Positions 9,995 to 18,578 of a DNA stretch of 64,000 nucleotides are shown here, piece after piece. The stretch is taken from positions 32,001-96,000 of the forward strand of contig JAVJQW010000019.1 in the NCBI GenBank assembly GCA_040218735.1, written 5' to 3'. The number at the start of each line of letters is the position of its first letter. The first letter of the stretch is position 1. Position numbers and translations under genes: made by a program. The notes beneath the pieces are model-generated. The model did not search any database and was not told where the DNA came from. It worked only from the letters and a program-made list of their open reading frames with translations. Source of the DNA: Deltaproteobacteria bacterium (GTDB lineage: Bacteria; Myxococcota; Kuafuiibacteriia; Kuafuiibacteriales; Kuafuiibacteriaceae).

Positions 9995-11385
9995 GCGATC
10001 CGAAAGAAGACTTCAAGGGCTACCGCGATCCGACGCGGAGCGTGATGCAGAAGTTCGGCGTGACTGTCTGGAGCCAGGTCGTCGCGAAGACGACGCGAGG
10101 GACCTTCGAAGGTCTCGTGCTCCCGCGCTCGGAGACGTCGGACGCCGACCACCTCGTGCTGAAGATGTGGACCGGCTACAACATCGGGATCCGCCACGAC
10201 ACGATCGAGTCGCTCGACAAACGCGGGTACAAGAAGGCCGAGTACAAGATCCCGGAGGAGGAGTTCCCGAAGGATCCCGAGAAGCCGCGCGTGATGTTGT
10301 TCGGCACCGGCGGCACGATCGCTTCGCGCCTCGACTACCGCACCGGCGCCGTCATCCCCGCGTTCAGCCCCGGCGAGCTCTACGGCTCGGTCCCCGAGCT
10401 CGCGGACGTCTGCAACCTCGATACGGAGAAGCTGTTCGGCGTCTTCTCGGAGAACATGGGCGCCGAGCAGTACCGCGTGCTGGCGGCGCGATGCGGCGAG
10501 GCGATCGAAGCCGGCTACGACGGCATCGTCATCGGCCATGGCACCGACACGATGCACCACACGGCGGCGGCGCTGACGTACATGGTGCAGGACACGCCCA
10601 TCCCGATCGTGATGGTCGGGAGTCAGCGTTCGTCGGACCGGCCGTCGTCGGACGCCGCGCGCAACCTGATCGCGGCGGCGAACGCGGCGGCGCACGGGAA
10701 GATCGCCGAGGTGATGGTCTGTATGTTCGGGCCGACCTCGGATCAGTACAACCTGCTCCACCGCGGCCCGCGCGTGCGCAAGATGCACAGCTCCTACCGG
10801 AGCACGTTCCGCACGCTCGGTGATCTACCGCTGGCGATGATCGAGGACGGGAAGCTCACGCCGATCAAGAAGGAGTTCCGTCAGCGCGATCCGCTGCGCA
10901 AGGCGAAGGTGACGCCGGTCTTCGAGGAGCGCGTCACGATCCTCTACTACTACCCGAACATGCAGCCCGACGTGATCGATGCGCTGGTCGACTGCGGCTA
11001 CAAGGGCATCGTCATCGCGGGCACCGGCCTCGGCCACGTGAACCGCCTCGTGTACCCCGCGCTCGAACGCGCGCGCGACAAGGGCGTGCAGGTGTACATG
11101 ACGCTGCAGACGCTGTGGGGCTTCGTGCAAATGCACGTCTACGAGACGGGCCGCGAGATCCTGCAGCTCGGCGTCGTCCCGCTCGCGAACATGCTGCCGG
11201 AGGTCGGGTACATCAAACTCGGCTGGGCGCTCGGCCGGCACCCCGACGATCCGGAAGCCGTGCGGGCGCTGATGCAGACCCCGATCGGCGACGACATGAC
11301 GGAGCGCGAGCCCTTCGGCGGCTACCTGGTGTTCCAGGGCGGCGTCCCGGAGATCACGGGGTTCGTGAAGAAGATCCTGTCGTAA
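9991..11385 (+). CDS. gatD: Glu-tRNA(Gln) amidotransferase subunit D (archaeal type)
   Basis: GatD-type N-terminal domain (FEGLVLPR.E......VLKM.TGYNIGI), GTGGTIASRLDYRTGAV, HGTDTM, GSQRSSDRPSSD, RKMHSS, GTGLGH; GTG overlaps gatE TGA, GGAGG upstream. Confidence 0.92.
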   Translation: MSDPKEDFKGYRDPTRSVMQKFGVTVWSQVVAKTTRGTFEGLVLPRSETSDADHLVLKMWTGYNIGIRHDTIESLDKRGYKKAEYKIPEEEFPKDPEKPRVMLFGTGGTIASRLDYRTGAVIPAFSPGELYGSVPELADVCNLDTEKLFGVFSENMGAEQYRVLAARCGEAIEAGYDGIVIGHGTDTMHHTAAALTYMVQDTPIPIVMVGSQRSSDRPSSDAARNLIAAANAAAHGKIAEVMVCMFGPTSDQYNLLHRGPRVRKMHSSYRSTFRTLGDLPLAMIEDGKLTPIKKEFRQRDPLRKAKVTPVFEERVTILYYYPNMQPDVIDALVDCGYKGIVIAGTGLGHVNRLVYPALERARDKGVQVYMTLQTLWGFVQMHVYETGREILQLGVVPLANMLPEVGYIKLGWALGRHPDDPEAVRALMQTPIGDDMTEREPFGGYLVFQGGVPEITGFVKKILS

Positions 11386-11448
11386 TCTTACACGCCCGCG
11401 TAATCCAACGGAGCACAACGCTGGGATGCGGCGACCGATAAGACCGGT

Positions 11449-12936
11449 ATGACGCGGCAGGTACCATTGGGCAGCCCCGTGCTGTTCCAGAAGCCGGGCG
11501 TCGAGCGCTTCGACGCCGACGGCGACCAGCACGTCTCGACGGACGAGCTCGACCTCGCCGAGAAGGCGGCGCGCGGGGCCCTCTCGGGGCTTCGGCTCGA
11601 GAACGCACTGCGCCAGCTCGACGAGCTGCGCGACAAAGTCGATGCGCAGGGCACCCCGGGCACGCCGCTGCCCGCGGACGCGGTTCCGACACCCGAGATC
11701 GTCGAAGGCGTAGAGCTGCTCGCCGGGCCGCTCGGGATCCTCGTCCCGCTCGAGCTGCACGTACGGCCCGAGGTGGTCCTCGCGACCTCCAACGCACAGC
11801 GAACCTCGGCGCGTCTCGAGCTGCACTTCCCGCTCGAAGATCTCGGGTTGCCGGACGACGACGCGAAGATCCTCCTCGAAGGCAGCGGTGCATGGGGCGC
11901 CGGCCCGAGCACACGCGTCGACGACGACGCATCGGTGAAGCTCACGCTGCACACGCGCGACGACGGAGGAATCGTGGCTTCGCTCGAAGCCGACCGCGTG
12001 CTCATCGCGAGCCTCGGCAAGCTGCAGTTCGTCTACGAGACCGAAGGCGGGACGGACCGCGCCCTCCGCGTGACCCCCGAAGAGGTTCGGCTCGACGACT
12101 CGGCGGGTCACCGCGTGGACCTTCGCGATCGAATCGAGCGATCCCAAAGCCAGCTCGCGAAACTCGAGGATCGCGTCGCGCGGCTGCGCGACCCGGCGAT
12201 CGACACCGACGTGGAGGCCTACTACGTGGAGCTCACCGCGGAGCAACGGACGCTGAGCGGGCGGGTAGCGACGCTCGAGGGCGAGCTCACCCGGGTGAAG
12301 ACCGCGTACGCCGAAGCACAGGGCGCGGCGATCGAACGTCTGGACGCGGGCGACCTCCCGGCGGCGTTGATGTCGCGCGTCGGCGCGGATCTATTGCCGC
12401 CGGCGTGCCTGGATGATCTGAACGTCATCACCGCGGCCGACGCGACGCGCGCGGAGGCGGAGGAGCGTGCGACGCTCTTGAAGCAGATGCTCGACGTGCT
12501 CAGCGCCGCGCCACCCGATCAAACCGAAGAGATGGCGCGCGAGCTGCGGGAGGTCGAGGCGAAGGCGGCGGACGCTGCGGCGACCGCGGCGGCGCGCTGG
12601 GCGCAGGTGAAGGGGGCGATCACCGACCTCGCGGGCACGCCCGAGGTCGACGACTTCCTCGTGCGCATCGAAGGCTACGGGCGGGATCGTCCGCTCGCGA
12701 CGCTCCGGTCGGAGCGGAGCGCGATCGAGTCGGACCACGCCAACGTTTCTCGCGAGCTGCGTGAGGTCGAAGCAGACCTGGGGAATCGCGACGTTACGAT
12801 CGAAGCCATCGCGCAGCGAACCGCCGACAAGTGCGCGGAGGTTTCGGATCGCATCGTCGCGCTCCAAGCGGAGCTCGACAGCGGCGCGACCCGAATCGTG
12901 ACACGCCGGTTCGACGCCGACGGCCAGCCGGTCTGA
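11449..12936 (+). CDS. Hypothetical protein with long coiled coil
   Basis: Host-like codon pattern; heptad-rich C-terminal half; no family recognised. Confidence 0.7.
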   Translation: MTRQVPLGSPVLFQKPGVERFDADGDQHVSTDELDLAEKAARGALSGLRLENALRQLDELRDKVDAQGTPGTPLPADAVPTPEIVEGVELLAGPLGILVPLELHVRPEVVLATSNAQRTSARLELHFPLEDLGLPDDDAKILLEGSGAWGAGPSTRVDDDASVKLTLHTRDDGGIVASLEADRVLIASLGKLQFVYETEGGTDRALRVTPEEVRLDDSAGHRVDLRDRIERSQSQLAKLEDRVARLRDPAIDTDVEAYYVELTAEQRTLSGRVATLEGELTRVKTAYAEAQGAAIERLDAGDLPAALMSRVGADLLPPACLDDLNVITAADATRAEAEERATLLKQMLDVLSAAPPDQTEEMARELREVEAKAADAAATAAARWAQVKGAITDLAGTPEVDDFLVRIEGYGRDRPLATLRSERSAIESDHANVSRELREVEADLGNRDVTIEAIAQRTADKCAEVSDRIVALQAELDSGATRIVTRRFDADGQPV

Positions 12937-12942
12937 GCTCGG

Positions 12943-14670
12943 TCAGAGTGTCTCGAGGAACGTGACGAGATCGTCGCGCTGAGCTGCGTCGAGCCCTTCG
13001 ACGTCGCCGTGCTCGCGGCCGCCGCACGTCCAGTCGAAGCGTTGGTGCAGCGTCGCCGCGCAGCCGTCGTGCATGTAGGGCGCGCGAGAGCGTACGCCGC
13101 GGAGGCTCGGCACTTGGAACGCCGCGCCGGTGCCGACGTGGACCGTCTCGTTGTTCGTGAGCGCGTCGCCGCTGTGGCAGTCGCCGCATCGTGCCTGCTG
13201 GAAGACGGCGCGACCGCGATCGATCGCGGCGTGGTCGGTCGGGCGTCGAGTCTCGAGCGGCGCGAGCGTTTCGAGCCATCGTTCGAGGAGCTCCGTGTCG
13301 ATGCCCTCCACGGGACCGCTGCCCATGCGGCCCACCATCACGACCGACATGATGTGGCCGAGGTCTTCCATGTCGCCGTCCCAGTGGAACGGTTCGGTGC
13401 CCGCGAGGCCGCGTACGGTCTGCGTGCGTCGCAGGCCGATGTCGGCGAAGTTCCAAGTGTGTCCGTCGTCCCGGCCTTCGGGGTGGCAGTGCGCACAGGC
13501 GACGCCTCCGCTCTGCGCGCGATGGAACATGTCGTGGCCCGTGTCGCGAACGTTCGCGCCGGCGAGGTCGACGTGTCGGTCGCCGATCGAGAGCTGCGGC
13601 GGCTCGCGAGAGAACGCGATCAGCTTGCCGGTCTTCCCCATCTCGACGGCGACCGCCTGACCGCCTTCGCGACCGGTCTCGGGGTCGATCATGAACGGGC
13701 GTTGCAACACGCTGCCGCGGGCGAACTCGAACTCGATCAGCGTCGACGTGCTTCGGTGAGCCCCGGGTGCGGCGAGGAACGCCCAGCCCTCTTGGGGTCG
13801 CAGGACGAAGTCGACGGCCAGCCCGTCGGTCGAGCCGGACGTCACGTACGTGAGGTCGGGCGCGAACTGCGTGATGTTCGTCGTGACCAGCGGCGCGAAC
13901 CCGCCGCCCCCGTACGGGGAGCCGCGCTGCGGCCCTGGAGCGGGCTCAGTTTCGACGACGGCGGTCGTGGCCATCTGGTGGAGCACGAGGACGCCGCCTT
14001 CGGGTGCGGCGCGCATGCGCCAGGCGGTGCTCGCCTCGAAGTCCCGGTGGAACAAGGTGCGCACCGGCCGAACGCGCCCGACGGGTGCGTCGCTCTCCAG
14101 CCGTAGCAGCTCGGCGCGGCGGAAGGTCGACACCCACGTGCGTCCGCCTTCGACGACGATGTCGCGCAGGTCGTCGGCGACGTAGACCGAAGTCGTCGGA
14201 CGTTCGCCGCGCGGATCGATGCGGAACATCTCGCCGCCGACGCAGACCACGAGCACGAGCACGCGGTCGGGATCGAATGCGATCCCGCGCGGCGCCGGGC
14301 AGACGTCGAGGCGTTCGACGAGGCGCTCTTCGATCGGATCGATCGCGGCGACCGCGCCCGCCGAACGCAAGACCACGAAGAGCGAGCCGTCGGGGAGGAA
14401 GAGCGCGCGACCGGGGTCGTCGCCTTGCGTCAGCGCGATCGTGCGCGGCGGACGCGTTTCACCGAGCGAGACGATGTGGACGACGTCGCGATCGCTGTCC
14501 GCGACGGCGACGAGCCCGCGTGCTTCGTCGAGCGCCATCGTGCCGCCGGAGATCGGTTTGGGGATCGGATCCGCCTTCACACGCTGGCCGAAGGACCCTG
14601 TGCCCAGGTCGTCCGAGCACGCCCACGGGGCGCAGCACATCGCCGCGGTGATGATCGAAAGTCGTCGCAC
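12943..14670 (-). CDS. YVTN/YncE beta-propeller plus di-haem cytochrome c (CcP/MauG-like) lipoprotein
   Basis: WAC lipobox-like, propeller repeats, CAHCH and CGDCH, PFHWDG, VPSLRGV...APYMHDG; GGAGG before GTG at 14670. Confidence 0.85.
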   Translation of the reverse strand: MRRLSIITAAMCCAPWACSDDLGTGSFGQRVKADPIPKPISGGTMALDEARGLVAVADSDRDVVHIVSLGETRPPRTIALTQGDDPGRALFLPDGSLFVVLRSAGAVAAIDPIEERLVERLDVCPAPRGIAFDPDRVLVLVVCVGGEMFRIDPRGERPTTSVYVADDLRDIVVEGGRTWVSTFRRAELLRLESDAPVGRVRPVRTLFHRDFEASTAWRMRAAPEGGVLVLHQMATTAVVETEPAPGPQRGSPYGGGGFAPLVTTNITQFAPDLTYVTSGSTDGLAVDFVLRPQEGWAFLAAPGAHRSTSTLIEFEFARGSVLQRPFMIDPETGREGGQAVAVEMGKTGKLIAFSREPPQLSIGDRHVDLAGANVRDTGHDMFHRAQSGGVACAHCHPEGRDDGHTWNFADIGLRRTQTVRGLAGTEPFHWDGDMEDLGHIMSVVMVGRMGSGPVEGIDTELLERWLETLAPLETRRPTDHAAIDRGRAVFQQARCGDCHSGDALTNNETVHVGTGAAFQVPSLRGVRSRAPYMHDGCAATLHQRFDWTCGGREHGDVEGLDAAQRDDLVTFLETL

Positions 14671-14767
14671 ACATACCTCCCCGCGCTTCGGCCCGATCGG
14701 GTTCGACCCGACCGGCACCGGCACGCAGGAGATACGTTGCCGCCTCGCCCGAAAACTTCCGTTCTTT

Positions 14768-16099
14768 CTAGCGGACCTCGACGACGCGCTGCGCGGTGCC
14801 GACGTGCACGCCGTCGTCGACCGTCACCTCGACCACGTAGGTTCCGGCTTCGCGCGGGCGCCAGCTCACCGCGCGGCGGGCGGTCTCGGGGCCGACGCGT
14901 TCGCCGTCGACGCGGAAGCGGTGCCCGACGATCGCCGAGTCGAGGTCGTGCGCGACGGTGAGTTGGATCTCCTCTTCGGCGCGAACGACGTCCGGCACCT
15001 CGAGGGCGACGTCGACCGCCTGCGGGGCGGGCGCTTCGATCGCACAACCGTGCATCGCGAACTCGTGCTCGTACTGCACGGCGAGGTTCGCGTGGTCCGG
15101 CGTGAACGCGACACTCACGGGGAGCGCCGGGCCCGGCACGTGCGCGCGCTCCGACATCGGGCGCGGTGGCAACGCGATGATCTCCTCACCGCGGGCCTCG
15201 ACGATGAGCTCCCCGTCGGCGCGCAGGTACGCGAACATCGAACCGTCGGGCGACCACGCGACGGGCGTGACCTGCACGAGCGGCGCATAGATGTTCTCGT
15301 TGACTTGCACGACGAGTCCGCCGCGCTGCGGCTCGAGCTCGGAGAAGTCGTTCGAGTCGAGGAGGAAGATTCGACCTTCGTCGGTGGTGACGGCGAGGCG
15401 CGTCGCGTCGGGGGACAGCACCACGTTGACGAGCAGCTCGTTGTTCGAAACGAGCTGCGGGGAGCGCCGGGACGCGCCGGTCTCGACGTCGACGACGACG
15501 ATCTCCTGCGGCGCGGTGATGAACACCGAGGTGTCGGAGACGACGTCGAGGTGGGCGCTGTACAGGCCTTCCTCGGCGAAGAGCCGCGTGACCTCGCCGC
15601 GCTCGTTCCAGCGTTCGACGACGGTCTCGCCGTAGCCGCGGAGCGTGATGACGTAGCGGCCGTCCGGCGTGAGCGCGACGTCGCGCACGCCGTCTTCGCC
15701 GAGCGTCGCGATCGTGTCGCCGGTGGCGAAGTCGAAGAGCGTGGGGATCTCGTTCGCCACGCGCACGGCGCGCGTGCGGTCGCGGTCGACGCTCACGATC
15801 TCGGCACCGTCCACGATGACGACCTGCCCGTCGTGCGCGCGGAGGAACGCGGTCGTACCGAAGTAGATCGCGCGGCCGCGCGCGACGAGGCCTTGGCTAT
15901 CGACGAACCACGGCGTGCGCGGGTCGAGGCCGTAGGTGCCGAGCACCTGGTTCGCCCACTGCTCTGTGCCGCCGCACTCCTCGAGGCGCGACGTCGTGGT
16001 CTCGACCTCGGGCGGCGGCGTCTTCTCGGGACCCAGCTCCATGGTCGCGGGCTCCGCGCAGGCGACGGTGAGGAGCAGGGCGAGCAGACGGCGATCCAT
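14768..16099 (-). CDS. WD40-like beta-propeller lipoprotein with C-terminal Ig/PKD-like domain
   Basis: LLTVAC lipobox, VALTPDG/VVLSPDA/VAWSPDG repeats, GTYVVEVTVDDG. Confidence 0.75.
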   Translation of the reverse strand: MDRRLLALLLTVACAEPATMELGPEKTPPPEVETTTSRLEECGGTEQWANQVLGTYGLDPRTPWFVDSQGLVARGRAIYFGTTAFLRAHDGQVVIVDGAEIVSVDRDRTRAVRVANEIPTLFDFATGDTIATLGEDGVRDVALTPDGRYVITLRGYGETVVERWNERGEVTRLFAEEGLYSAHLDVVSDTSVFITAPQEIVVVDVETGASRRSPQLVSNNELLVNVVLSPDATRLAVTTDEGRIFLLDSNDFSELEPQRGGLVVQVNENIYAPLVQVTPVAWSPDGSMFAYLRADGELIVEARGEEIIALPPRPMSERAHVPGPALPVSVAFTPDHANLAVQYEHEFAMHGCAIEAPAPQAVDVALEVPDVVRAEEEIQLTVAHDLDSAIVGHRFRVDGERVGPETARRAVSWRPREAGTYVVEVTVDDGVHVGTAQRVVEVR

Positions 16100-16185
16100 G
16101 CTGACGATGGTCGCCGAATCCGTCCCTCGCGACAAACCGAACGTTCCGTATTCGATTGTATCGCTGGGCCGTTCAATTTGCGACG

Positions 16186-17007
16186 ATGACGGCTGTGGAG
16201 ATCCAACGCATCGCGGCGTTCGCGGACGCGACCCACGCCGGCAACCCCGCGGGCGTGTGCCTGCTCGACGATTGGTCGCCCTGGCCCGACGACGCCGTGC
16301 TGCTGCGGATCGCGGCGGCGGTCGGGCTCTCCGAGACGGCGTTCCTGCGCGGGCGGGCTCTGCGTTGGTTCACGCCGGCGGTCGAGATGCCGCTGTGCGG
16401 CCACGCGACCCTCGCGACGGCGTTCGTCCTCGGCGAAGCGCACGTCGCGTTCGAGACCCGCGAGGCGGGCGTGCTCACGGCGGACATCGACGGCGCCGAC
16501 GTCACGATGGACTTCCCGGCCCACCCGCCCACGCCTCGTGCGATCGACGACGCGATGATCGCCGCGCTCGGCGCGCGACCGGACGCGGCGTTCGACGGCT
16601 TCAAAGGCCTCGTACGCTTCGGCAGCGAAGCGGAGGTCGCCGCACTCGAGCCCGATTTCGAACGCATGGCGGCGCTCGACGTGAACGGCGTCATCGCCAC
16701 GGCGCCGGGGCGCGACGTGGACTTCGTCTCCCGCTTCTTCGCCCCGAAGCTCGGCGTTCCCGAGGACCCGGTGACGGGATCGGCGCACACCGTGCTCGCG
16801 CCGTACTGGGCCCAGGCGCTCGGCCGCGACGACGTGGTCGGCCGGCAGATCCCGCGCGACCCACCGCCCGAGGGCGGCCTCGCGTGGGAGGACGTGGCGC
16901 CGATGAGCGCGCGCCCGGGCGGCGTGGTCCGGTGCACGGTGCGGGGGGAGCGCGTCGTGATGCGCGGGAGCGCGCGGAGGACCGGGAGAGGGCGCGTGGT
17001 GGGCTGA
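16186..17007 (+). CDS. PhzF family epimerase/isomerase
   Basis: AF....GNPAGV, SETAF, LRWFTP..E.PLCGHATLA, SRFFAP..G..EDPVTGSAH. Confidence 0.92.
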   Translation: MTAVEIQRIAAFADATHAGNPAGVCLLDDWSPWPDDAVLLRIAAAVGLSETAFLRGRALRWFTPAVEMPLCGHATLATAFVLGEAHVAFETREAGVLTADIDGADVTMDFPAHPPTPRAIDDAMIAALGARPDAAFDGFKGLVRFGSEAEVAALEPDFERMAALDVNGVIATAPGRDVDFVSRFFAPKLGVPEDPVTGSAHTVLAPYWAQALGRDDVVGRQIPRDPPPEGGLAWEDVAPMSARPGGVVRCTVRGERVVMRGSARRTGRGRVVG

Positions 17008-17021
17008 GCGCGGGGGCGGGC

Positions 17022-17344
17022 GGGCTCGTTGGGGTCGACAGGAGGCGGGGAGGTTGGGAGGGCCATGCGCCGAGACCGAATCCGAATCCGAGTCCGAATC
17101 CGATTCCGATTCCACGCCCGCGTTTCGTGCGGAGCACGGCGCGCCGGAATCGGGACCGGGACCGGAACCGGGACCGGGACCGGGTGGGGGGGCCGAAACC
17201 AACGGCGAGCATCGTGAACGACCACGAGGCGTCGGACTCGGCGCATGGCCCTCCCGGCCTCCCCGCCTCCTGTTGATCCCCAACGAGCCCCGCGCCGGAT
17301 TCGGGACCGGAACCGGGACCGGGACCGGGACCGGGTGGGGGGCC
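17022..17344. repeat. Composite palindromic element: ~53-bp inverted arms around hexamer microsatellites, plus a directly repeated (ACCGGG)n block
   Basis: 17022-17074 and 17237-17290 are near-exact reverse complements; (TCCGAW)n at ~17076-17113; 17140-17194 repeated at 17291-17344. Confidence 0.9.
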
Positions 17345-17420
17345 TGACAGATCGGCGCACCGCGGAGCCTCACCCCGACAATTCGGCAGCCCTCGACCCG
17401 GACCACGCCAGCGCGGCGCG

Positions 17421-17436
17421 TGGCCTGGCCCGTGCA
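17421..17436 (+). promoter_or_regulatory. Possible sigma54 (-24/-12) promoter
   Basis: TGGCCTGGCCCGTGCA = GG-N10-GC, 14 nt before the glycosyltransferase ATG. Confidence 0.4.
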
Positions 17437-17450
17437 ATCGGCTCCCCACG

Positions 17451-18578
17451 ATGCTCACCGCCCTCTTCGTCGTCAGCTGCATCTCCTTTGCGCTCGCGCT
17501 CGGCTGCCACGCCGCGCGCGTCCGCATGCCCGTGCTCGAAGAGCTCCGTCCGCCCGACCCCGACGTGTGGCCCACGGTCTCCGTCGTCATCGCGGCGCGC
17601 GACGAGATCGATGGCATCGAAGCCGCCATCCAGTCGCGCCTCGCCGACGACTACCCCGCGCTCAGAATCATCATCGTCGACGACCGATCCACCGACGGCA
17701 CGAGCGCCGTCGCGGATCGACTCGCCGAGGATCCGCGGGTCACCGCGGTGCACGTCGACGCGCTCCCCGACGGTTGGCTCGGGAAGGTGCACGCGATGCA
17801 CCGCGGGATCGAGGCGGCGCGCGGAGAGTGGATCCTGCTCTCCGACGCCGACGTGCACCTCGAACCCGGGGCGCTCCGCACGGTCGTCGCGCACGCGGAG
17901 GCCAACGGCATCGACCACGTCGGCGTGCTCCCGACGGTGTGGCCGAAGGGGGTCGTGTTCGACGCGGTGCTCGCCGCGTTCGTTCGGCTCATGTCGGTGG
18001 CGACGCTCGTGACGCCGATCGGCGTTGGCGCGTTCAACCTCGTGCGGCGGCGCGCGTACGACGCGTCGCCCGGGATGCCCGCGCTGCGGATGGAGGTGGG
18101 CGACGACGTGGAGCTCGCGCGCCTCCTCGTGCGATCCGGCGCGAAGAGCGTCGGGCTCAACGGGCGTCGCGTCGTGCACCTGGAGTTCTATCGATCGCTG
18201 CGCTCGATGGCGAAACACATGGAGAAGGTCGCCGGGATCCAAGGGGGGCACCCGCTGGGGCTCGTCGTGGCTTCCTGCGTGTTCGCGCTCGTGGAGATCG
18301 CGCCGTTCGTCGGCGCGCTGTTCGAACCGTGGCGCGTCCCCTCGCTCGCGATCGGCGCGTTCGTGCTGCTCACCTCGGTCGTCATGAACCGCGCGTTCGC
18401 GCAGCCCGGTCCGGCCGCGCTGCTGTCACCGTTCGGCGCGCTGATCGGCGCCGCGTTCCTCGCGCGCGCCGGCTTGCTCGCGCTGTGGCGCGGCGGCATC
18501 GAGTGGCGCGGGACGTTCTACCCGCAGTCCACCCTTCAACGCGCGGCGACACACCAACGACGCACCCGCGACGCGTAG
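17451..18578 (+). CDS. Family 2 glycosyltransferase (HpnB/CrtQ-like, membrane)
   Basis: VSVVIAARDE, VDDRSTDGT, GWLGK, SDAD, GAFNLVRR, DD, C-terminal TMs and IEWRG. Confidence 0.9.
   Translation: MLTALFVVSCISFALALGCHAARVRMPVLEELRPPDPDVWPTVSVVIAARDEIDGIEAAIQSRLADDYPALRIIIVDDRSTDGTSAVADRLAEDPRVTAVHVDALPDGWLGKVHAMHRGIEAARGEWILLSDADVHLEPGALRTVVAHAEANGIDHVGVLPTVWPKGVVFDAVLAAFVRLMSVATLVTPIGVGAFNLVRRRAYDASPGMPALRMEVGDDVELARLLVRSGAKSVGLNGRRVVHLEFYRSLRSMAKHMEKVAGIQGGHPLGLVVASCVFALVEIAPFVGALFEPWRVPSLAIGAFVLLTSVVMNRAFAQPGPAALLSPFGALIGAAFLARAGLLALWRGGIEWRGTFYPQSTLQRAATHQRRTRDA

Noticed and set aside
7979-11385. Ordinary gatB plus L-asparaginase
   Set aside because: AspRS-like insertion, RPTxSELGE, the GatD N-terminal domain and SQRSSDRPSSD point to GatE/GatD; no gatA or gatC here
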